DNA of 64,000 nucleotides from Callorhinchus milii (taxonomy: Eukaryota): NCBI RefSeq assembly GCF_018977255.1, contig NW_024704743.1, positions 8,122,001 to 8,186,000 of the forward strand, read 5' to 3'. Under the pieces are notes generated by a model, which was given only the letters and a program-made list of their open reading frames with translations, made no database searches and was not told the DNA's origin. Below, in pieces: positions 1 through 12,919 of this stretch (positions are counted from its first letter, which is position 1; each line of letters starts with the position of its first letter). The position numbers and the translations under genes are program-made.

Positions 1-3000
1 GCAAATGTTTTGCAAAATAATAATAATAATCCTTACATTTGATGTTTTTATGAGTCAGTCAGAAATAAGTTCAAATAACTACTATTAATTAATAGGATAC
101 TTGAATAGCTTGTATCTCATACTGATTTGTTAGCAAAGGATGATTATTATTAAGCTCAACCAGTTTAAAAGTAGTTGAAATTCACTGTTCCTTATAGCAG
201 GTGCCACCAAAAGATTTAGCTGTTGTTTTATCTCCAGATCTCTTGTTGCTGGATGTTATAATCAGATTTGTTTTGTCAATTTCTGTGCTTATCAAATGAG
301 TAAGTCAGCATTGGACATATTGGGCAACCATTGAGCACTTGGTTATGACTAGATGAAGAGTAGAACTTTCAACAGTGAAAACAGTAGATCACCCCTTACT
401 CCTCTTATCCCTAACTGCAACAGTACCTCAACCCAAGTAGTGACCTGCTTGTATTCAGAATCTTACAGCCTGTTCTGCTTAACACTTCACAGGGGTGCAA
501 AACATTCTCGTGAACACACTCAGCAGGGAGAAGCTTCAGTTTCATGAAACTGGTACTGAAGAAATTAATATGAATCATGTTTCATCAGTTTATACTTAAT
601 AGTTTTAGTGGGTGAAGGGGAACATTTTACTGTCCTGTGTCAATCCCTTGTTCTGACACAAAGTATTTGTGATTTGCATCCTTTGGTTGTTTAACCGTTG
701 TACAATCTTTGGAACTCTCATTTAAACCAACATTGATTTTACAAATGCTTGTGACTAGTTTCATTTCCTGCAGGTGAATCACTGAGCTGTAGTTTTATCT
801 GTCATGCCTGTTTTTTCATTGAAAGGAACTACAGTATGATAGTGTTGATGTGCACAATCAGGATCTGTTTTATTCAGTTATAAAATATTTTATATGTTAG
901 TGCAATTATTTAATAACAACAATTTTGGGATATATACACTGCAAATTTGCTAATCTGTGAGTACAGTATGTCTCCTTGTTTTACGGCCTGTCGGGGTAGA
1001 AGAATACTCCATTGGGGATGAAGTATGTTAACTGAAATTCATGATTTCTTCCCCCTACCCCCTCTAGCACATACACATTCACTCTCCAATTAGTCTTGGG
1101 TCACACTCTATTTTTCACATTGCAGTCTTTGAAAGTCATCTCCCTGCGTGCATGCACTTTATTTCTCCCTTGCTGCTCCCTGGGTTCTTGCAGCAGCTCA
1201 TTCTAGTTTGCTTAGAAAGGAACAGACGAGCACTTACTATAAGTGGCTTACACTTTTACTGCAAGTACAGTTTAATTTCCCTTTATGTTTTTTCGATGCA
1301 TTATTTTTTCCTTCTGCTTCCCCTCCCCCCCCCACCCACCCACCCTTTATATCCTCATGGATGGGCCCTTTGTGTGTAAGCTGAGCTAATTTCAATAACG
1401 GAGGAAGGCTTGAATTTGCAATTACAAACCCACCCAAGACTACAGTATTTCATACCCAGCTTTGTTTTGAATGTCTCAGTGTAATGCCTATTTTGCTATT
1501 TAAAAATTCAGATTTAAAAATTCTAAGCTGAGAACTGCTTCATGCCATTGTGCGGAATCCAAATTATTTTTATAAAATACACAAATTACTATTGGCAAGT
1601 GCGCAAACTGGTTAACAGGTAACTGGTTTAGCAATCGCACATGGCGGAAATTGTGTTTAAATACGGGATATAGAGTTCATCAGTTTTATTATTATAATAA
1701 TAATACAGTAATCCTTGTATTTGGTATAGCACATTTGACACTGGGAACACATCCCAAAGCGCTTCACAGGATTTATTATGAAATGGTTCTTTCCATGAAC
1801 CTGCAAGTAAAATTATTGCAAAAAATCGTGCTCAATGTGAAAATTCACCTTTTCAGTGGCTTCCTAGATCTATGTTAGTTTAAAACTGTCTCCATTGCAA
1901 GGGTGTTTAATACAACAACAACTTGCATTTATGTAGCTCCCTTTACGCGGGGTAGCTTGACAGCAGTGCAGTTTATCAAGTAGCTCTGCAATATCATGTT
2001 TTCTTGTGTAGACAGACTCACCTCAGTCACAATCCTCGATAAATTTAGCAAAATGGTGGTGATGCAGCATATTGTGTTTCAAAAGTCGCAGATTCACAAT
2101 TTTGTTATTTTTACGCAGACTTTCCCAGTTTCTTTTTCCTGTCTCCATGTGAGAAGAACTAGCAATGAAGGAAATCTTAGATCTGGGCCAGGAAAAATTG
2201 TGCTACCAAATGCATTTCTGGTAACTTATCCCAGGGTAGGAGAAAGCTATCTCAAAGTGGACTGTATCCACTCATATTCCTTTGGCTGCAAGTTGAATGT
2301 GTCATTGATTTTAATGGTTTCTGTGTTCTTGAATTTTGTGAAGGTGTAGTTTCAGTGTTTAATTGGTTCATGGAAAAAGTAGCTTTTAGCTTATCCATCC
2401 AGTTTATCGTTACAAATCATAGAAATTCACTGAACTTATAAAATGATAAATTGTTGAGAAAAGACTGATGTTATGGTGGAAAATAAATAGGTCATGGAAT
2501 ACAACGTGAAGAGGTATACAACAACATTGCATATCTTCAGCCCCAGCTGTAAATTGGATGAATTAATAAAGAAATGGAGATTCTGTACAAGACATTTAAT
2601 GTAGTAGATTGGATTGAAGCACTGCTGAAAAGTGTATCTATTTAATTGCATGTTAATAAAGTACAAACCACGTTTTTAAAAATTAGCATTTATGAGGGCA
2701 GGAATGCTTCACACTTGCTAACACTCAAAGCCAAAGCACTAATGGAAAGGATTTGTTAGCTGAAAAGCAAAGGGAAGCTGGCCAGAAAGTATTCAGAATG
2801 GCAAGCTGAACAGTTTTACCGAGTTAAACTCCAGCAGTCCCCCAATGTGCACAATGGGGTCCCAAGCCCTGACTCTTGCCAAGCTGTGTCTAATACTTTC
2901 TGTAACTTGGTGCTTTACAAATGTAATTTTGTTATTGTTGTAATTAGGTGAGCAGTGTGCAGCCCTTTGGGGAGAGAGTACCTACTCCATTACATTCAAC

Positions 3001-3259
3001 GGAAACATTTTTGTGCGAATGTGGACAGTTTGGTTTGGATATTAAGCATTGTGATGAGTTTCCATGTATATCTGACACCAGCTGACAAAAAAATTGTATT
3101 ACAAATTGAATTGCTTGCTGTTGTAGTAGAAACTTTGCTTGTGAACATGCAAAGAGTCATCATGCCATAATGGAATTTTTTTTCATGCAGTAAGTTCTTC
3201 GGATCTGTAATTTACCTCCTGAAAGGGTGATGAAGCAGATTTGATAACAACTTTCAAGA

Positions 3260-3410
3260 GAAAAGTGAAAAGGTGTTTGGGGAGGATAAATTCGCAAGGC
3301 TATGGGGAGAGAGCAGGGGTGTGGGATTAATTTGGACAGCTCTTTCAAGAGCACGATAAGGGACACGATGGGCTGAATGGCCTCCTTTTGTGCTGTATGA
3401 TTCTATGATT
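3260..3410 (+). mobile_element. CR1 LINE 3' end
   Basis: gatgggctgaatggcctccttttgtgctgtatgattctatgatt is a CR1-type tail with (attctatg)n. Related copies at 25295-25400 (-), 43740-43915 (+) and 56015-56160 (+). Confidence 0.8.
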
Positions 3411-3939
3411 AGTAAGGTTATTTCCTCATTTTTTAAAAAAAAGTCCACTTTGTGTTTGTATAAAAACCTGTGATAAGTGGGAACTACTACATTACATTTT
3501 GAGGAACTTCATTTATATACACTGAGTGAAATTATTGTTGCAATCAATGGACAAAAACAAAAATTAAAACAAACATATTTACTAGTCTTGCTGATTCAAT
3601 GAACTCCTCTAATCTTAAAACATTGTATTCAATATAGAAGCACAAAGCAGTATATCTCATGCTAATTAACTCCTAATAATCAACAGCATCCAAACAGCCT
3701 TCAAAGGCTTCATTGATCTTGATCTCCCAAATCAATATCCCATTTTCACGGATTGCTCTACACCAATTAATACTCCACACCTCAGACTCGTCTATAAATC
3801 TGACCACAAAAGCTAGAGATTTAAAGCTGTTGACTAATGTTTCTCAACATTCCTCACAGTTATGAACTAACTTGTGAATTGCAAAAGTGTTAGGTACCTT
3901 GGCAACATAATAAATATTTAGTGGGGAGAAGAGTTCCTT

Positions 3940-4280
3940 TAATAATAATTTTTGCATTTGTATAGCGCCTTATCATGTCTTCGAGACTTATCAAAGAGCT
4001 TCACAGAATATACTGTAAAGTGAATTGACTATTATTGTGGGTGAAACACAGCAGCCAATTGCGGACAGCAGTGTCCACATAAAGTCCTGAATTTAGGGTC
4101 CAATTTTTTTCTTAAGGAATTGTTACCCCTGGAAAAGCGATCTAACAACCGGGTTCCTACTTATTGCTAGGTGGAACAGAGGCGTGTGGAATAAGGAAAC
4201 TTGTCCAACGTTTCGCCCTGCCTGGGAATCAAACCCAGATCCTCTCACTTACGAGGCGAGGGCTCAAACTACTAAGCTAC
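3940..4280 (-). mobile_element. SINE family A (tRNA head, L2-type tail)
   Basis: Colinear in reverse with the copies at 26833 and 6562; ends in the (tta)n tail. Confidence 0.85.
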
Positions 4281-4605
4281 AATATGTGAATGCACTGAAA
4301 ATGAACAAACGTAAGAATTTGTAGAGAAACATTTGGCCTAATAATCGTGTATATTATTAGTTGCTCTCAAGCCATTCATCTGCCTCCTCCTCCTTATATG
4401 GCTCTGACCCAGCTCTCCAGAGATACAGGCAGCAGGTTTGATTGATTCTTTTTGTATTTCCAGCATATTGGGTGTTTATTTCTTATAACCTAGGTATGTG
4501 GATCTGAAACCCTTGTGATTATTCACCTCTGTAACCTCTCTGGAGCAATAATGACCTTCCAAGGGTTAGGTGACTGCAACAGCCCAGAATGCACAACAGA
4601 TGGTT

Positions 4606-5040
4606 GTAATAATAATCCTTGCATTTGATAGATAGTGCCTTGTCATATCATTAAGATGTTTCAAAGTGATACAAAGACTGTATTTTGTGGGCAAACCCAG
4701 CAGCCAATCTGTACACAGCAATGTCCCACAAACAGCTATGGAGTCCAATTTTAACTGTGGAATCCAGTTATAACCAATTGTGTTTGCTGGATTGTTGGCT
4801 GGGATACAGGGAGAAACTCCCTTCTCTTTTCAAGTAGTGCTATAGGATCTTTAACAACCATCTGAACAGCCAGACAAGACCTCGGTTTAAGGTCATATCC
4901 AAAAGATGGTTCCTCTGACAATGCAGCATACCCACAATATTGCATTGGAGTGTCAGCCTAGACTATATGGGTTCCAAGTCCCGACGTGGGGTTTGAACCC
5001 TTAGCTTTTTGATTCAAAGACAAGAGTGTTTCCAACTGAG
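4606..5040 (-). mobile_element. Deu-domain SINE (family B), head interrupted by a CR1 fragment
   Basis: The reverse strand reads gttaaagatcctatagcactacttgaaaagagaagggagtttctcc...gctgtttgtgggacattgctgtg, a Deu-domain-like sequence, plus an L2-type tail. The head resumes at 5281-5293. Confidence 0.82.
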
Positions 5041-5280
5041 GACACGGCCTGCGATTGAAGGGGGTAAATTCAGAACAAATCTATGCAATCACTATTTTAG
5101 TGAGCGAATAGTGAACCTAGGGAGACGGTTGAAGCAGGAAGTGCTGATTCTTTCAAACACACATTATTTTCTTTTAGGAAATAACATTATGGGATATAGT
5201 ATATAGATAGTTTGGGACATATGTGAATGCGAACTAGATGGACCGTGGTCTTTTTTTGTCTAGCATTTCTTACGTTCTTA
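5041..5280 (+). mobile_element. CR1 3' fragment nested in the SINE head
   Basis: Encodes GGKFRTNLCNHYFSERIVNL, like the CR1 ORF2 C-terminus, with an ...atttcttacgttcttat tail. tgag is repeated at both junctions. Confidence 0.72.
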
Positions 5281-6561
5281 TGAGCCAGACTGACGTACCT
5301 CAGACTGATGTATACAGGAATTTCCATGTGTAGGTAACATACATGGAACTCAATCTGGTTTGGATACTTTTAAGCATGGTGGTGGATTTCTCTATGCATC
5401 AGACACAGAACAAAAATAATGTTGGCTGGGTCTCTGCTAAAATAAATTAGGCACTTTGATAAAATTAACAATTTTAAAGGTAAAACAAATCTTTCAGAGA
5501 CGTGGGGGTGAAAAACACTCCACAGATAATTATTACATAACACTCCAAACAGTCTTTAATATTAGCTAGTTTCAGATGTGAGTATTTCCCCTGCTTCCCC
5601 CACCTCAAAGACTTTGATGCACTTGGTTGACCTGAAGACTGTGGTGACCAATATTGTTGCCGCTCGCTGCACAGGATACTGGCCTATCTCAAATCAGTTC
5701 TGTGATGTGGTAGGGAAACATTGGCAGCGGTGGCGGCAACAACAATGGCATATGTTAAACTCTTTAAACCAAACCATTGTGTTGAAATTGGAGGAAGGGA
5801 GGTGGGAGACGTGGACTCGCACTCAAAACCCCTCAATATTAGAACTGTAATTTTTAACTGATAATTTTCCCTTCGGATACATATCACATTACATGTCATT
5901 TTTCACGTACTACTGTGAACTTGTCACAAACTATTTTGGATCATAATTTGAAGTTAAAATGAACACATTTGTATCGATACATCATTCTCTTTGAAGTTTA
6001 TGTTGACATCTGAACACATTTTGTTTTGTCATTTATACCACTTTGACTGAGAAAATTAGTATATATTGTATTTGTGTTAGTTGATAATTGAACACAGTGT
6101 TTCAGGCAGTACTTTAAAACACATTCTGGAGTTCCAATTATTATTATTGGACTCTTGCCAACTTATACCTAATATGCTCCAGTGACAGATTTTTGCATGT
6201 TTCAGACACGCGCAAAAAAAAATGTTAAGGTCATTGACCAAAAAGAATCAACATGACCCTACCTAGCCCATCATTGACAGACAGCTTTCTTCCCACACTC
6301 TCTGGTACTCCATCCAAGAGTCTTTCCAATTCTCTCCCTGGCCTGATTCAAAATTCGTCTCAATCTACCTCTTTGACTGTGTTTTCAGTCATCTTTCCCA
6401 GCCCCCTCAGCTTCTATTTCCAGCTTGGAATACTAGGCACCTAGTATAGTTATGTGCTTTCGAACATGTTTCCGGTGTGAAAGGCCCTATAAAAATGTAA
6501 ATTTGTATTGCATCTCAAATGTGGGAAAAAAAAACAAAATGATCTCACTTAAGGAAAGTGT

Positions 6562-6863
6562 GGAGTCCTGTAGCTCAGTGGTTAGAGCACTCACTTTGCA
6601 AGCGAGAGACCTGAGGTCAATTCCAGGCAGGGCGAAACCTTGGGCAAGTTTCCTTACTCCACACACCTAATAATAATCCCTCCAAAAACAATAATAAATT
6701 GGTCATTTTTAATCTACGACTGTTTGTGGGACATTGCTGTGCGCAATTGGCTGCCGCGTTCGCCCACAAATATACAGTCAATACAGTGTGTTCTGTGAAG
6801 CGCTTTGGGACGTCCTCCCGACGTGAAAAGCACTATATCAAATGCAAGGATTATTATTATTAT
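6562..6863 (+). mobile_element. SINE family A, young internally deleted subfamily
   Basis: tRNA-Ala-like head with A box tagctcagtgg and TGC anticodon loop, then ccttgggcaagt, a distal Deu-like block and the tail gggacgtcctcccgacgtgaaaag...(tta)n. Confidence 0.9.
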
Positions 6864-7140
6864 AAGTGCACTTCAATGAAAGTTTCTGGGATTTGAACTC
6901 AGGTCTTCTGGTAGGAATCTAACATTTTATTTTGTTTAATTATCCAGAGATGCAGAATTGTTCCTAAAATTCCAAATATAAAGGAATTGACCTTACTAGC
7001 AAATATTTTGATTTTTTCCAAAGTAGAATTTACCCAGTCTTTGATTTGAGTTCTTTTTAAGTACTGTGATGTGAGAATTGCAAAAGTGCAGAAGTTATGC
7101 AGAATACTATAATTTTTCACATGTTCAATTTTTTTTGCAG

Positions 7141-7350
7141 TTACCAACTATAATAATGTCGTAGAAACAAACTCGGATACAGATGATGAAGACAAATTAC
7201 ATATTGTGGAGGATGAAAGTGTGACTGACGCAGCAGATTGTGATACAAATGCACTGGAGGATGACTTGCCAACAAAGCACACTGTGTTGCCAAGAAAAGA
7301 TGATAAAGAGGACGAGAATGATGGAGACGATTGGAAAGAAGATGAAGATG
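7141..7350 (+). CDS. ZEB1: ZEB1 exon 2 (210 nt, phase 1-1)
   Basis: Acceptor ttttttgcag|TTACC and donor GATG|gtaagc. Translates (V)TNYNNVVETNSDTDDEDKLHIVEDESVTDAADC...WKEDED, matching the ZEB1 N-terminus. Confidence 0.96.
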
Positions 7351-8556
7351 GTAAGCTTTTTGGAGTAGTATCAGTACTGACATTTTATTTTTGATTATGG
7401 TTATAGTATGGCAGTACTTGTCATTTTAGTTACCTCTCTTTAAATAATACATATGTTCAGCAGTCTTTTTGAACCGAAAGAGGTAACTGGTCTAAAATGT
7501 TGTAGCCCTGTAACCCTTATCCACATTTTACTTCAGGTTGATTTTCCTAAGTGCTGGCATCCTTCTAGTGACCTGAAAACCTAGAGTCTTAGTCTGTAAC
7601 ATTGTTCTGTCTTAAAATTTAGGATCACGTAAAACTGCAAAATTCTCCAATTCAATTTTAATTTAGAAGTTCGGATTTTTTAAGAACTGCAGAAAACCAA
7701 ACTAAACACTGAGTTGAAGAATGTATCTTGAACCCGTTTACATTGAAATCCCACGTATGTCAACAAAAATGTGAAGCCCCTGACCCTTCCCTGTATAAAA
7801 ACATGTTAAACGTACCGTGTATGTTGACATCAACATAAATTTCGGCATGCATATCGATAGATCTTTCAGTCCCTAACAACATTAAGTACTTTGTGTTCTT
7901 ACTGCTTATGTTTTAGGCCTTAACAGATGCACCTTCTAATCTAGACAATAAGGTCTAATGTGCCCCTTCTGCTAATAATAGTCACTGGATATAGTCAATG
8001 CACTACTTGCTAATGCTGGTAAAGTTTTGAATACAATTATAATAAATTTAACTGTAATTTGAAGGCAAACATGGCAGCCAATTTGGGTAAAGCTATGTCC
8101 CACCGACATAGACAGAATGAGAATATGTATAAGAATTAAAGATCCACTAAACAGAAGATGCTCTAAATAGCAAATGTTGCTATTATTTTGGTTTAATTTC
8201 ACCAAAATATTTGCAATCACCAATCTTTTTTGAGGCATCTGTTCTTTTACCACTTATTCTTAAATTAACACGAACTTAACTTTCACCATATGTTCGGCCA
8301 GTATAGAAGGAGAACGAAGTGTTCAGGAAAGATTTGTTTTTAAGTATTGGTTCAAGTTTGGATAATATTTTCTGTTGATCTAGCACAGGTCAATTTGCAT
8401 GTCTGATAGACCAAATGTTTTTTTGTTTTTGTTGCACATTCTACAAGACAAAATGAGCTTTCAGCAATCTTGGCATTTATTTTTCAAGTTAAAATATTTG
8501 ATTTTTGAGTGTACTTATTTTATGACGACTTTTTAAAAATGTATTTCTGCAACTGT

Positions 8557-8851
8557 TGCGTGAGGACCGGGGGTTTGATTCCCAGGCAGGGAGAAATGTT
8601 GGGCAAGTTTCCTTACTCCAAACGCCTCTGTTTACCTAGCAATAAATAGAAACCCAGTTGTTCCAGGGGTAATAATGCATTCAAAAAAAAATTTGGTTAC
8701 TCAATCCGCGACTGTTTGTGGGATACTACTGTGCGCAATTGGCTGTCGCTTCTTGCCCACAAAATACAAAGTCAATCCACTTTATAATGTATTCTGTGAA
8801 GCGCTTTGAAACATGATAAGGTGCTATATCAAATGCAAGGACTATTATTAT
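8557..8851 (+). mobile_element. SINE family A, 5'-truncated
   Basis: Same body and tail as the copies at 26833 and 51966. Confidence 0.85.
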
Positions 8852-10009
8852 TTGTTGACAGTTTTTCAGAAGTTTTTTTAATTTTTTTTACATAAGTTTA
8901 TCAGCTTTTATTTTCTATCGAGTTTATGTCATTTCATTCTTTTATTGTGTATGTCTTGCTCAGTGGGAGCAGTGTGGGTAGGGTAGATTTGATTATATGA
9001 AGAAACAATATGCCACTGATGTCAGTGTTACCTGAGTATGTGTAGATGGAGAAGGAGGAAAGTCTATGCGTAAATGCAGAAACGTTTTGGTGGATGAAAT
9101 AATGACCAAACAAAGAAAAGCATATTTTCATAAGAATCCATGATTAAAAAAACAAATCCCCAAAAACAAATTGCAAAATTTGCCCCAAACTGAATAATTT
9201 TCAGATTCAGAGCACTTGTGGAAGATCAGTTCTGTTTCTAATATTGTGCCATCTCCACTGTTTCCTTGAGGATGGCCTTATTCCTTGTGCTGTTGATAAG
9301 GCAGAGCTTGAAGAGCTCTGAAATCATGTGAAATGATCGTCAAGTATGAAAAGTGCCCATCTCAAGCAATCCAATTAGCTTTAGGTTAGAATCATTTTTT
9401 TTCCAGAATTGCTTAATATTTTATTACAAAATGTGTGCTGAGTCCCACACATTGCCATTTTTAATATGTCACTAAAAGTATTCATTTTGCTTATGAGTTC
9501 ACCCTTTATGAAGCAGGGGACTAGGGATTCATCTCACTGGTCTCCTGTAATCCAAGGTCCGAGCGGGTAGAGTGGTCCCAGCTGAAACAGGCAGCAGGAA
9601 GCTTGTTACACACTGTTTGCAATCTGGTAAGCTACGCGGTTTTAGCTGATTAAACTCCAGGAGTATCCCCACACACATTCTGACGTTTGCAAACCTTAGC
9701 TTTTGCTAACATGACCCCAATTCTTCCTGGAAATAGATAAGTAGGATGTGTCCCCCCAGGAAGAGAGTCTGTCCTCTATTGTAGACAAAGGGTAATTTTC
9801 ATGAGTAGATGGCAATACAAAATATAGAACTCTGATTTGGTTAATCTTAAACATGGTGATGGGTTTCTGTGCGCTTCAAACATCCATCTTACCAAAAACA
9901 ATATCATGTGGATAAGTCTCCTACTGAAGAAGTATTAATTGCCAATGGATTGCTAAAGTGAAGCCATGATAGAAAATATAATATCAAGATGATCTAGCTG
10001 GATAATTTG

Positions 10010-10189
10010 AAAACAAAAACAGAAGTCACTGGGAACACTCAGCTTCCTCACTGACGAACATTCTGCCGAAGGGTCATGGAACCAAAACGTTGACTCGCTT
10101 TCCTTTCTCCATAGGTGCCGCCTGGCCTGCTGAGTGTTCCCAGCGACTTCTGTTTTTGTTTTCAGATTTCCAGTATTTTGTGTTTTGTT
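10010..10189 (+). mobile_element. Penelope-like pLTR mini-element with inverted end and 15-bp TSD
   Basis: tagctggataatttg is duplicated at 9995-10009 and 10190-10204. Inverted arms at 10008-10043 and 10129-10164 match at 35 of 36 positions. A decayed hammerhead-like core lies at 10063-10091. Confidence 0.75.
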
Positions 10190-10456
10190 TAGCTGGATAA
10201 TTTGCTGTGCACAAAATCATGACCAAAGTTGGATACAAGATTTATTGTTGTTTAAGACAGATATCCATAATTATCCATCTCAGCTCTCTATATTCAAATG
10301 TTGATAGAAAATCAATTGCAAAAATTTAGTCATGTGTTTTCATCTGACAAGGATTAGGTTATTGTAAAGCAACAACAACAACTGGCTCTCTCTCTTCATG
10401 TAGGATTACGTCTCTGAGTAATTCACAAGGACAGGATCACACTGAGTGAGGAAGTT

Positions 10457-10890
10457 TAATAATAATACTTGCATTTGATGTAACACCTTAACGTCGTTGA
10501 GACATCTCAAAGTGGATCAGGGAATATATTGTAAAGTGTTTTTTGAATGTGTATTTCGTGGACGAAATGCAGCAACCAGTTGCATACAGCAATGTCCCAC
10601 AAACAGCAATGGAATGAGTGACCAATTTTATTTGGGATATTGTTGGCCAGAACACCGGGAGAAACTTCCTTCTCTTTTCAAGTAGTGCCATGACATCTTT
10701 AACAGCCACCTGAATAGGCAGACGGAACCTTGGTTTAAGATCTCATTCGAAGGATGGCACCTCCGACAGTGCAGCACAACCTCAGCATCGCTTTGGAGTG
10801 TCAGCTTGGCCTATGTAATTCCAAGTCTTGAGGTGGGATTTGAACCCACAATCTCAAAGGCAAGAGTGCTACCGCTGAGCCAATCTGACA
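10457..10890 (-). mobile_element. Deu-domain SINE (family B), near full length
   Basis: On the reverse strand: tRNA-like head (gtcagattggctcagcggtagcactcttgcc...ggttcaaatccc), Deu-like core and L2-type tail. Confidence 0.85.
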
Positions 10891-11362
10891 CAACATAGTA
10901 TAGGGATGTAACCCTGAACTCAGGACTCCAGGTAACCCCTTTCAGCAGGGGTCGCCCCAAGCCTCAGCATTTCCTCATCAGCTATCTGGCGAACATCCTT
11001 TTTCAGGGTGGTTGGAGGACCTTTACAGGACGGCTTGTGATGTGCCACCCACATTGATGTTCTTGAGGTCCAAGTCCAGAAAGGGTAAACTTAAACAGCC
11101 CTTTGTATGTATCTGTAAATATCTCTTAATAATCCTTGTATTTGATATAGCGCCTTACCACATCTTCAGTTAATAATATACTCTTAGCAAAATCAAGATC
11201 TACAAGTTTACATTTGCTGAATGCAAATAATGAGTGCAATGAAACCAGATTCTGAAGAAATTCAAATCTTTTTGAAAATTAGGTTAGTAAGAGACTAAGA
11301 GAGTAATCTTATCAAATGTAAGATAATTAACATAGGACGAAAAGATCAGATTTGGGAGTATA

Positions 11363-11679
11363 TAATAATAATAATCCTTGCATTTGATATAGCGCTTTTC
11401 ACGTCGGGAGGACGTCCCAAAGCGCTTCACAGAACACACTGTAAAGTGAATTGACTGTATATTTGTGGGCGAACGCGGCAGCCAATTGCGCACAGCAATG
11501 TCCCACAAACAGTCGTAGATTGAAAATGACCAATTTATTATTGTTTTGTTTTTTTGGAGGATTATTATTAGGCTCTGTGTGGAGTAAGGAAACTTGCCCA
11601 AGGTTTCACCCTCTGCCTGGAAATGAACTCAGGTCTCTCACTTGCAAAGCGAGTGCTCTAACCACTGAGCTACAGGACT
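11363..11679 (-). mobile_element. SINE family A, young internally deleted subfamily
   Basis: The reverse complement is nearly identical to 6562-6863, including the shared internal deletion. Confidence 0.9.
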
Positions 11680-12919
11680 TGTGTACAATGCTAATAATCC
11701 TTAAATAATTAATATATATAATCCTTAAATTTCATATAGTGTCACAGTGGGAGGACGTCTGAAAGTACTTCAAAGAATATGCTGTAAAGTGGAGTAACTG
11801 TTTGTGTATGAACGACACTGATATGATACCATGGAAAGCGTATAATTGCCCTTGACTAGGTTCAGAGCAACTAAGCTAACTCCAGATCTGAGAAGATTGA
11901 AGGAAGAAGGTTCTCACTGGGAGAAAGCAGACTTTAACCTGACGGATTTCTTCAAACATTATGAAGAATATAATTGTTCCCACTATTTAAAAAATATTCG
12001 CTCACAAATATACAGTCAATTCACTTGGCATTCACTACAATTCACTACAGTATGTTCTGTTAAGCGCTTTGAGACGTCTCGAAGACGTGAAAAGCGCTAT
12101 ATCAAATACAAGGACTTTTATTAAAAAGTTGAGAACGTTTCAAAATGTTAAATAAATTAGAAATATAGGTAGAACTATTTCATGGAAAGTCTAAATTACC
12201 AGGGAAGACCATTGAAACAAATTATACAAACTGGTTCAGGTGACTACCGGAAGTGTTTTTGTGAATAATCGGGGAATAACCTAAATTAAGGTGGTCAAAT
12301 TTAAATATTTTTTAAAAAAAGCCTGGCTTCTTCAGACAGTGGCATTTTCCTGTTGTGGCACTATAGAATTTTGGGTAAAAACAGAGGCTGAGGCCAATGT
12401 AAAAGTGATCCCCAATTCAGGTAAAACTATGAATTTATTTGTTACTGAATGATTTACTCCCCCACCCACCCCCATAATCAGTATGGTTAGAGTGGGTTGA
12501 TTTATGAATAGTGTTCTTAAAGTAGTTGAAATATTTAGAGGTAATACAAATATGTTTGATTACACCATTACAAAAATTTTAATAGCATAATAAATATCTC
12601 CAAATACATGAATGTGCGATAGGGCTTGTACCTTTTCAAGTCTAATTTTTTAAATTTCTATTCTCTTTGAAGTTTGCTTTGTCTGTCCTCAGGGAGAGAG
12701 AAGGGAAGAGAGAGTTCCAGCCCTTGTAAATAAAACAGTACATCACCAGTGAAGTACTAACAATTTTTTTGTAAGTCACAAGGAGTGTAAACAAGTAATT
12801 TCCTTTCAGAAACTTATTGTTCAATGAGTTTACTGTTGCTTTTGAATATTTTTGAAATTCATTGAATTGTCTCATACCTTGGAGTAGGAATGGAATTATG
12901 AATTGATTTTCATGCTTCA

